A stretch of DNA of 64,000 nucleotides. Source: Octopus vulgaris (Eukaryota). Below are positions 53,488 to 64,000 of this stretch, piece after piece. Where the stretch lies: contig OX597815.1 in NCBI GenBank assembly GCA_951406725.2, positions 82,212,001-82,276,000 on the forward strand. Reading direction: 5' to 3'. The position numbers were made by a program, and so were the translations under genes. The notes below the pieces were generated by a model. It did not search any database and was not told the origin of the DNA. It saw only the letters and a program-made list of their open reading frames with translations. How positions within the stretch are numbered: position 1 is the stretch's first letter; each line of letters opens with the position of its first letter.

Positions 53488-54252
53488 TATGCACGCATAT
53501 ATATATATAATGTAAAACTCACACATGCATGCTCAAGATATTAGTTTAATCTTTTTCTTTTTTACAATAGATATAAGAAGACTGAGAATTTTAGCATTAG
53601 AACATTCCGATTTTAGAAACATATTGTTCGTTTCCATCATTGCAGGTCCATTACTTATATACTTACCATTATTTTTACATATCTAAAATCATCGAGATAT
53701 TTTGCAATAGTTCCAACTGTGCTTCTTATAGTAATTAGATGAAAAAAATCATTCTCATTGTTGTTGAAGATTTCTATGTTGCTGATGTTAGTTGATGCTG
53801 CTAGTAACGCTACTTATGTCCGGCAGTGGTTGTGTGAGGGGGGGGGGGCAGCGCTTTTAGTGAAGGGTACGATTGTTGCTGTTGTGGTGGTAGTTGCGAT
53901 TTGCTTGGCATGTGATGCCGATGGACATGATATTGTTGATGGCTGTGATATTATTCTGCCGGTCGTAGTTGCTGTGATGATGGCAGCGACATTGGCTGAG
54001 TGTGGTGGGTTTTGAGGTAAGGTTTTTTTAATAGAGATTATTAAGATATAGGAATTGGAGATAATAATGATGATGGTGGTGGTGGTGGTGGTCGAGTTTT
54101 TAATAACTGTCAAGATCGGTGATGTGTCGTTGCTGTTGCAGTTTCTGATGTTCACGTAACGACTATTTAAAGATATATTGGTAATTCATTCCACAGATTG
54201 CTTTATGAAGAGAGATATTGCAGTAAACTTCAGTAACAGTAAACAGTATCAC

Positions 54253-54283
<31 letters not shown>

Positions 54284-54804
54284 ATGCAGATGAAAATACT
54301 GCAAAGAACAACAACTATAATAAAACATCACGACCAACTGCAGAAACAATAAAAATCTTTTTCTATTTGTGCACAAGGACAACAATTTTGAAGGAGGAGG
54401 TAATTCGATACTATTCATCTCCTGCATTAAGGAGTGAGCCGTTTCTATGAAAATCTCTAAACGCCCGAAGAGTTCTGGCCCTCCTGTCCCTTTCGGTGCA
54501 TAACCAGTTACTAGTATGACGGCACCCTTTTGCTACTGTTCACATCCAGAATCCCCAATCAGTGTCCAAGCAGTCGGTCCGCATCGTGAGTTTCAAAACC
54601 TTGCAAAACATCACAACAGCTTTTGTATCCACTAAAAATGGATACGAAGACTTGATAAATGGAAACTCAGGTCTCTCAATGACTGCGAAATCTATAACTA
54701 GTGAGCTGAGGTCATTGAACAAGTGACCCTATTTCCGAAATTAACCCCGGCCAGGTGCACTTGCAGTGCATGTTCTGAGTAACCTCAATCCAGTCACAAA
54801 TAGC

Positions 54805-56000
54805 TGGGAATACTTGAGGCAGATGGAATCAAACACCACGATATGAAGGAAAAGATAAAAAGAAATTACCTGCGGCGAGTGAGAAAAATATTGACTTCAA
54901 AGCTGAATGCCAGAAACGTAATTTCGGCAATAAATTCGCGCGCAGTCGAAGTAGTTTGTTATGGCACTGGAATCCTGAAGTGGACAGGGAAGGAGCTAAA
55001 AGAGATGGACATGAAATCAAGAAAGCCCCTAACGATGATTGGAGCCCATCATTCACGTGAAGACACTGATCAGCTATACATGAAGAAAGCAAATGGAGGA
55101 AGGGGACTGATAAATGTGGAAGACTGCATGCGTATCGAACTCGAGAGCTTAATGAGATACCTAGCCCATAGTAAGGAAACCTTGCTAGTGACAGTTAGGA
55201 ACAAGGGAGTATTGAAAGCAGAAAAATAGGGAAAACAAAGGAAGACGGGAAGACGTAAAAAAAGGACATGAAGAAGAATTACGCAAGAAGGACTAAACAA
55301 TCAATTTCATGTAGCCACAGCAGAAGTTGCTGGAAAAAAATAGGTGAGATTGGCTGATGAAAGGAACCCTAAAAAAAGTGACAGAGAACAATATACTGGC
55401 AGCGCAGGACCAAACTTTGGCCACGAATGCCCTAGACTTGCCCCAAACCACTACAAGTTATGGCGACACGACCATGTAGCGAAAGTGCTACATTGGAAAC
55501 TGCGAAAAGTGGGCGCTAGAGGGAGGCAAGACGTGATATGAGCACAAACCGCCGCAGAGAGTGGTGGAGTCGGAGATTAGCAAAATCATCTGGGATTTTT
55601 CAAAAATAAAAGATCAGATGTTACAGCATAACAGACCGGACCTAGTGGTGGTGGACAAGGTTGCATGCCCTTTTGACTCATGAATATTCAAGAAGGAAGA
55701 CGAAAAGATAGATAGATACAACCGTCTTAAGTACGAAATATGGAAAAGTAAGAAGGTAAAGGTAGTCCTAATTTTTGTTGGGTCCTTGGGAACAGTATCA
55801 GAAGGCATCAACAGGAATATCAAGGAAATTGGAATAGAGTGCCCAGTAGAACTGTTACAAGAGGTTTGCCTCCTTGGCAAGTCCAGAATAATCAAGAAAG
55901 TATTAGATAGCCGGAAAGAACGAATAGCATGGTACTGTAGGTTGCAGGTAGAAAGCCCGCTACGCATGCAAGACTCCAGGAGCTCCAGTAAAATCTATGA
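54805..56000 (+). mobile_element. R4/Dong-like LINE 3' portion, decayed
   Basis: YLRRVRKILTSKLNARNVISAINSRAV..LYMKKANGGRGL, CPRLAPNHYKLWRHDHVAKVLHW and HNRPDLVVVDK (RLE). Confidence 0.85.
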
Positions 56001-56129
56001 TAAAAAGAGAATAAAAGCGAGGGATGTGAGTAATGATTTTGTAAATGGTTTAACCATAGATCGATTTCTAGCATGTGGCACTACTCATTAGTGCTCTTAT
56101 TATAATTATATTCATATGATTATATATTT

Positions 56130-56212
<83 letters not shown>

Positions 56213-56300
56213 ATGGTGAAGTATATTTGTCACGATGTCGTACAGCTACACCTCGCTCAGATTTATTATTGCTTATATATATATATATATATATATAGTA

Positions 56301-57445
56301 TGTGTAGTATGTCCTGTACTCTGTTTTTCTGTTGTAAAAAAATGGTTTTTCCGTTTTCGTTTCTCGTTGAGTTCTACGTCTCTGTTTTTCTGTTGTAATA
56401 AAATGGTTTTTCCGTTTTCGTTTCCCGTTGAGTTCTACGTCCAGTTGTGGTGTCCTGTACTCACGTATATATATTTATATATGCATGTATATATACATGT
56501 AGATGTAGGTACATACATATATGTTTGTATGTATGCATATATTTTATTTATTACACTATTGTTTGACAGCGCCCTCGCCACGGTTCGATTCGCTTCGTTC
56601 GCTTCGTTCGGTTCTTATTCTCCCAGTACTGTTTTATATATAATCATGACGCGAAATTCCTTATCTCTTTGCTTTACCTTCCCTTCTCTCTCTCTCTCTC
56701 CCTCTCTCTCACTCTTCCTCATCTCTCTCTCAGCCGCTTGTCTTCCTCTATCTCTCTCTCTCTCACTCCTCCTCATCTTTGTCACTGCTAGCCAAAACTA
56801 CTTCCTTTTACACGCGGCCTTCAAACTGTAAAGACACATTTGTGTTCCCATGCGCTGCCAGAACCTCCTCCGTGTAAGCCAGAAAAATGCATTTTCGTTT
56901 GCTTTTCTTGTTTGTTTTCTTGTTTATTTTTATTTCTCGTATTGTATTTTCTTGTACGTGTATTTTTATCTTGTATTTTATTTTGTAGTTTTATTTGTAT
57001 CGTTTTTACGTCCTGTTTGTGTTACATTTTTTCTTGCTTGTTTTTGCCCCTCTGCGAGGTAATTTTATTTTAATTCTCTCGCAGGAAGGACTAGTTTGGC
57101 GAGTCGTGTTCTGTCTTGCCTTCGAAGCACGCTAGAGTCGAACTAGTGACAGCTGATGAAGGGGATTTTTCCTTGTGTAGTATGTCCTGTACTCAGTTTT
57201 TCTGTTGTTAAAAAATGGTTTTTCCGTTTCCGTTTTCCGTTGAGTTCTACGTCTAGTTGTGGTGTCCTGTACTCACGTATATATATTTATATATGCATGT
57301 ATATATATACATGTAGATGTAGGTACGTACATATATGTTTGTATGTATGCATATATTTTATTTATTACACTATTGTTTGACAGCGCCCTCGCGTCGGTTC
57401 GATTCGATTCGTTCGCTTCGTTCCGTTCTTATTCTCCCAGTACTG

Positions 57446-57450
<5 letters not shown>
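56301..57450. repeat. Partial tandem duplication (56301-56636 repeated at 57173-57450) around an about 800-bp unit; Penelope pLTR-like arrangement
   Basis: Direct repeat is visible (ORFs 56235..56831 and 57259..57699 share peptide); flanked by (TA)n. Confidence 0.6.
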
Positions 57451-57533
<83 letters not shown>

Positions 57534-57577
57534 TAATATAAATATATATATGTATGTATGTGTATATGAATATATTT

Positions 57578-57659
<82 letters not shown>

Positions 57660-57666
<7 letters not shown>

Positions 57667-58812
57667 GGGAATAAATTGTTATTCCAACCTTACAGGTAAA
57701 CTTCAGTATAATATTAGACCGAATTTCGTAATGTATAATATATAATATATGTATATAACTAACTTAGAAACGAACCACCATTCCACAACTTACCTCATAG
57801 TATGATAAGGAATAAAAAATAATGATAATATAATAAAATAATAAGAAAATAATAAGGAATAAAAAATATATATATAAAGAAACAAAACCTGTAATGTAAT
57901 CCCTAATTTAAAGACATTAATATTATTAAAAATTACGAAGTAAAAAATTCAAATAGAGTATTATTGTGAACATTATTAATTCATTATGGAGAAGGTAAAT
58001 AAATTTAAATACGTGTTAGTGTATAAAGTTAATAAAATATGTATTTCGATATTGTTTAGAACAAATTTAAAAGACATGACTTATCTGCCAGCGAATCACT
58101 GTAGATTAAACCGAAATAAGTGTACCTTTTCCAGTCACGTGATAAATATTTCCTACAATATATTTCCTAAGAAATTATTGAAAAAGAAGGTCTACCTAAA
58201 GTATATTATTTATTGAAGATTTAAAATACATAAAACGTTTAGATCTACAAAAAATAATAACTGTAACACTTACGAAATTTATGTATTACGCAAATAAGGC
58301 TATAAAACATTGTAATAATGCACATATCGTTAAATTCTTTATTAGTAAAAAGGTAGTTATTTATTCTAATTATATATAATTATGTAATGTTTACAGTGTA
58401 TTCTAAGCTAATTATATGTATTTAACGCTACTAATAATAACTATAAATTGGTAATTTTTCATGGGTTTAAATAAATCAATACATTATCTAAACTTATTAT
58501 ATAAATAATTTAATTTATGTCTACATTTAATATTACGTTCATCTTGGGGGTTAACAATTTTTTATTAGCTAATAATATCTCTTTAAATTCATTTGTACAT
58601 AATAGCAGAATTTACTCCCTATTCTATACGATTTAGCCTTAGAAACTATTTCCCATTTTAAATCGTATTTTATTCTTTTAGGTTTAAGTTCCCAAATGTA
58701 TTTACTAAAGCCCGTAGAATTCATTAAATTTCTGTTCTTAAAAGAATTCATATGTTGGGCCACCCGTGATTTAATTTTATTGGAAGTCGATCCTATGTAA
58801 GTAGTATTTATG
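57660..58812 (-). mobile_element. Penelope-like retroelement 3' remnant with GIY-YIG endonuclease fragment (58569-58812)
   Basis: TYIGSTSNKIKSRVAQHMNSFKNRNLMNSTGFSKYIWELK..LKWEIVSKAKSY..KFC matches the YIG..R..H..SF..LS.YIW.LK pattern of PLE endonucleases; AT-rich 3' region ends in (TA)n. Confidence 0.8.
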
Positions 58813-58879
58813 TTATCATTATTACTATTATTATTATAATTCAAAATCCTTTCCTTTCTTTGTCAGTGTTCACTTACCC

Positions 58880-59830
58880 ATCGTTGCAAGGTAACAGATT
58901 GATGTTATTGTTCATATAGATGGGTCTCTGCTGGAGTAGACGACTCCTTGGCTTCTATATTCTTTTTAACACCTGATGCGCAAGCACTGTAGACAAACAG
59001 ATTTTATTTTGATTCTGTGTTAGTAATGTCCTAAAATGCGACCGATGATGTTCTAGAACAGTGGTAGCAGCATCCACGAGCTTCATCTCTGGGATATTTT
59101 GTTGGTAGAGATACTGCATTTGCTGCTGCCTACTATCCTATTTTTCCTTTTATTTCCGTTACCTCCTGGGCTAAAAAACATTCAATTGGCTTTGCTACCA
59201 CTGTTATTGTAACTAGGTCTTCTTCTCTGCGCCACCTGTCACCAGTGTGTTTGACGTACTCTCCAAACACTCAATGGGGTGCAGCTCTTGAAAAGCTTGG
59301 TGATCTTCGGGATAGTTAAGGCTTAGATGTTCACTTCAAACCCTAAGCGATGATATGCACTTTGTGTAACTTCCGCATTCATCCAATGTGTGTACACTCT
59401 GAGAAACGCAACGAAAATCCATGGTAAAATCTTTAGAATTGAGCGATTGGTCCTAGTACTTTTGGAGCCCATGTACAGTGACACTCCGAAGATATATAGA
59501 AAACCTCCTTTATTTTTCGAAGAACATTTTGAAAACCAGAGGTATGTCATGTCTCCTTTTGCTCTTTACTGAATAAATTCGCCAGGCAAGTAGAAACCGA
59601 TTTTTGTGACATACCTTATCGATACCTTCTTTTCTTTGATCTAAATCAATTCAAGTCATTCGATTAGCAGCATCAGCAAATGATAGAATTTTATTGCTGG
59701 CAGTGTTGTTGTCATTCGTACTGACTGCATTTTTATTATTAAATGTATGGTCCCAAGACTCTGCTTTCTTGTACGAGTGGGAATGTTTATGTTTGAAGTT
59801 CACCTTGGCTTGTATGTTTGAGCTATTGTA
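58880..59830 (-). pseudogene. Possible highly decayed LINE ORF1 remnant
   Basis: Coding-like composition; ILSFADAA resembles TTSFAETAA of the Tx1 ORF1, and there is a CYHC half-knuckle; many stops. Confidence 0.3.
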
Positions 59831-59944
59831 ATTTCTAAAAAAAAATTTTTTACTTACGTTAGTGGCGATATCAGTACAGCGGAAAATCTCTGTCGTACTT
59901 ATAAGTACAACGCCTGCAAAAATAAAATTAAAATGTCTATAAAC

Positions 59945-60200
59945 ATAAGATCATAAATTCGAAGGAAGAATTAATCGATTAAATTGACTTCAATGCTTAA
60001 CTAGCATTTTATTTTATCGACCTTGGAACGATGAAAGGTAAAGTAAATAAAAATTACTAACATAAAGACGAGATCTTAAGTTTGAAAGAAGATTTAATCA
60101 ATTAAATTGATCTCAGTACTTGACTAGCATTTAATTTTATCGACCCTGGAAAGATGAAAGGCAAGGTTAACCGCGTTGGGATTTGAACTCAAAAGTAAAA
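59945..60200 (-). mobile_element. Two degenerate SINE family B copies
   Basis: TTTTATCGACC..GATGAAAGG occurs twice. Confidence 0.6.
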
Positions 60201-60566
60201 CCTCAGAAAAATATAATCACGACTTCTTTTATCTGAAGATTCTTCTTACTCGCTGTCCTTGATATTTAAGAGAAAACAGGAAACCTTTTGAAATATGAGA
60301 AAAACTTTCGATTGATTTGAAAAATATCTAATAACACCGACAACAAAAGAATTTAAGCATATAGAAATAAATAAGAAAAATGTTGAATGATAAAGTCATA
60401 AGTAATGCTGGTAAAATTTTACTATCTTTGCCATTACATAATCAATATATTACGAATGTATACAGTGATCGGCGATTTAAGCCACGTGTACATAACTTAT
60501 CGGAGCATGGTTCATATCAACAGATGGATTCCGTTCAATCACACATAAAAGACTACAAACAAAATA

Positions 60567-60965
60567 GGTGCAGGTGTGGCTCTGTGGTAAGAGCTTGCTT
60601 CCCAACCACATGATTCCGAGTGCACTTCACTGTGTGACACCTTAGGCAAGTGTCTTCTACTATAGCACAGGGTCGACCAAAGCCTTGTGAGTGGATTTGG
60701 TAGACGGAAACTGAAAGAAGCCTGTCGTGTATATATATATATCTTTGTATTCGTTTTTGCGTCTGTGTTTGTGCCCCACCACGACTTGACAACCGGTGCC
60801 GGTGTGCTTGCGTCCCCGTAATCCAGCGGTTCGGCAAAATAGCCCGATAGAATAAGTACTCGGTTTTAAAAGACCTTGAATCGATTTGTTCGACTACAAC
60901 CCTTCATGACGGCGCTCCAGCATGGCCGCAGTCAAAATGACGGAAACAAGTAAAAGTTTAAAAGA
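60567..60965 (+). mobile_element. SINE family A
   Basis: Colinear with 69-480. Confidence 0.85.
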
Positions 60966-61670
60966 TTAAAATAACAACAAAAAAACAAACAAACAAACAA
61001 ACACCTCCTTCCCCACAAAATCCTGTATCATTCTGCTCGAGCTTAAAAAGGGAATTCGCGCTTTAAACCTAATGCTTAAAACGCACTAAAATAGAGTAAA
61101 ACCCGCTATCGTCAGAAAGAATTAAACCGGTTGGACTCCACTCAGCAGAAAATATAGAGGTGAACATGAGAGGAATGAGTGTCTATTTTGAATGAACATA
61201 CAATTTTCAAAACGAAACAACGACAATACACTCATATATAATTTCAAGAGAAAATAACTCGGATATAAACGTATCATTGAAGCCCGACAGGTAAGTTAAC
61301 TTAAGAACATACATTTGGAAAGCCCCAAGAAGATATCAAAAATCGATATACAACATTTAAAAGAGAATAGCTAATGAAAATAGAAAGAATTGAAACCTAA
61401 CAAAATGGACTCTACGCGGAGAGTAAATCACGAAGATAGACCTAACACTTACAAAGCAAAGTAAATAGACAAAAACACAAAAATTCTCACCCTAGAACAC
61501 CTATAGAATAAATAAGCTCAACGCAAAGAAAACAAAGCGGCGCTGTATGCGTTTTACGAAGTGTACTGATAATGCAGTACAAAATGCAAATCCATAAGAA
61601 AACACTGCACACACCCAAGGCACACAGAACTGCGCTCGTTAGAGCGCACGATAAAATATAACAACTGAAC

Positions 61671-61686
61671 AATAATAATAATACTA

Positions 61687-61745
<59 letters not shown>

Positions 61746-61779
61746 AATGATGATGATAATAATGATAATAATAATAATA

Positions 61780-61853
<74 letters not shown>

Positions 61854-61904
61854 AATAATAATAATAATGATAATAATAATAATAATGATAATGATGATGA
61901 TGAT
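61671..61904 (+). repeat. (ATG)n/(ATA)n compound microsatellite
   Basis: Directly visible. Confidence 0.95.
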
Positions 61905-62792
61905 TTCTTAAGAAGAAGAAGAAAAAGAAAAAGTAAAAAAAGGGAAAAGGAGAAAAGAAATAAAACGATAAAGATCATGATCAAGATGAAGAAGAAAATT
62001 GATAAGAGAGAAGCCAATAGAATGGGTATGTTGCTATGGAAAGAATCAAACGACATGAAACAATGTATGATTATGGTGGAGAATACAGACGAAGGAAAAC
62101 AAAGGCGAAAGAAAGAAAGTATTGATTAGTCTTACAATTAAGGAACTTCGGGTGTTATGGATGATAGGTGGAAGTATGCGATGTAGGAACGATAAAGGGT
62201 AGGTAATTTTGTACTGGGTGCGTATTATGCACACTTATATATGCATATGAATAAATACAAACATGCATATATGCATATATATATATATATAGGATTATAT
62301 ATACGTATGTATACATTCTTATACACATATATCTATGATTACATACATAAATACATATACTCACGCACATACATACAAATACGTATATGAATGTATGTGT
62401 GAGGGCATGATTGTGTGTGTGTGTGTGTGATGTGAACGAGAATTGGAGACACACAACGGTAATAATATGGTATTTAGAGAGTGAAATAAAAAAAAAATAA
62501 TAAAAGCCTTTAGAATTCATAAATACAAGATGTTAAAGCGATACACCGCATACTTGTGTACACGAGGCTGTCAGCACATTTGTCTGTATACGTTGCAGCG
62601 AGGTCTTGGCAGGCTGGTTGCACGATGCAGAGAACATAGAAGTAAGGTGAAGGGCTGCGATAGGGAAAGAGCTGATGTCGTTTCATAACGATTCTGTTAA
62701 TTGCAGCGGCGTTTTTGTTGTTGTCGCTTGTATTATTATTATTATTAGCATTTCTTGTACTGACGTTACTTCTCTAGTATATTGTTGTGGTT

Positions 62793-62806
62793 ATCATCAT
62801 CAACAC

Positions 62807-62850
<44 letters not shown>

Positions 62851-62929
62851 CCACCATCATCATCATCATCATCATCATCATCACCACCACCACCACCATC
62901 ATCATCATCAGCAGCAGCAGCAGCACCAC

Positions 62930-62976
<47 letters not shown>

Positions 62977-63056
62977 CCACCACCACCACCACCACCACCA
63001 CCACCACCACCACCACCACCACCACCACCACCACCACCACCACCACCACCACCACC

Positions 63057-63121
<65 letters not shown>

Positions 63122-63127
63122 CATCAC

Positions 63128-63158
<31 letters not shown>

Positions 63159-63200
63159 GTTGTTGTTGTTGCTGTTGTTGTTGTTGTTGTTGTTGTTACT
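62793..63200 (+). repeat. (CAT)n/(CAC)n/(CAG)n/(TAT)n/(TGT)n compound microsatellite
   Basis: Directly visible. Confidence 0.95.
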
Positions 63201-63393
63201 GTTATTGATATTTTGTAACGAGACTCCGCAAAGTCCTTATCGCAATCTATTACAGCGCGTAGATATATTGATGAGATGGACATTATATTAGTATGTAGCC
63301 GTCTGTGCGAATGAGTGTTTTGTACGTGCTCAAACATGTGCGTGTGCTCTGTATGTATGTATGTGTGTGTGTGTGTGTGTGTGTATGTGTGTG

Positions 63394-63443
<50 letters not shown>

Positions 63444-64000
63444 CATGCGTGCGTGTGTCTGAAGGTATGTGCGTATGAAAGTGTGGTTGGTGCCGATGGA
63501 TGTCAAGATATCAAATCTGAAGAAATATCACGAAGAAAATGATTAAATGTAAGACGAGGCGATTCAAAGAATAACTGTTATTTAAAAATCTTTCATATTG
63601 CCATCTTCAGAATCAATCTCATTTTACAGAGCTGACGAAGCATTATTTGCTGGGGTTTTTTTTCCTTGTTATATGTTGCTTTATTAACATTTGCTTCTTA
63701 CTGTTAGCATTCTATTGCGTTGATCGTTTTCTCTTATACATCTGGTTTTTACTGTTCGCAACCATTTCGTAAGAAGAACTTCCCTATGAATTTTCGTTGA
63801 ACGAAGATGGAATAGAGAATTATTGCAGGAATATAACAATCATTCAGAAATTTGTATGACCTGCTTTGTGGTGTTAATTCTTCGTTAAATCCAGTTTATT
63901 GTTCAATATAAGTCACTAATAGCATTGAGACACTCACTCACTTTCTCAGCCCAAACCCATATATACAAGCCTACAGGAGAGTTTCTTCATAGTCGCTTGA

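Noticed and set aside
58035-58095. Hammerhead-like remnant in the Penelope 3' region (minus strand CTGGCA-GATA..TATC-GAAA)
   Set aside because: The core is broken and no stem I can be formed.
59858-59913. Possible minus-strand host micro-exon (TTTTGCAG acceptor, GTAAGT donor) and a second donor near 58877
   Set aside because: No continuous reading frame or partner exons; the adjacent sequence is stop-ridden and looks like a decayed LINE ORF1.

Overview
Eukaryotic, AT-rich, extremely microsatellite-rich non-genic (intergenic or intronic) DNA. The SINE families and repeat landscape suggest an octopod cephalopod, but this is an inference. No host protein-coding exon could be supported, and nearly all ORFs in the track are translations of simple repeats. 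The window is a mosaic of mostly decayed mobile elements: three tRNA-derived SINE groups, a rearranged L1/Tx1-type LINE, several R4/Dong-type (RLE) LINE remnants, a Penelope-like GIY-YIG remnant, mariner, Tigger/pogo and hAT elements, and non-autonomous Helitrons. The main hidden signal is a set of at least five sequence-unrelated small non-coding elements in (TA)n tracts, each carrying a minimal type I hammerhead-ribozyme fold. Two of them form long near-perfect palindromes with mirror-image ribozymes, and two families have non-canonical catalytic cores. A second notable system is a Nin/Deu-domain-like SINE whose tail resembles the Tx1 LINE 3' end and which appears to insert site-specifically into itself, forming multimers. 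All motif and fold calls were made by eye, and repeat boundaries are approximate.
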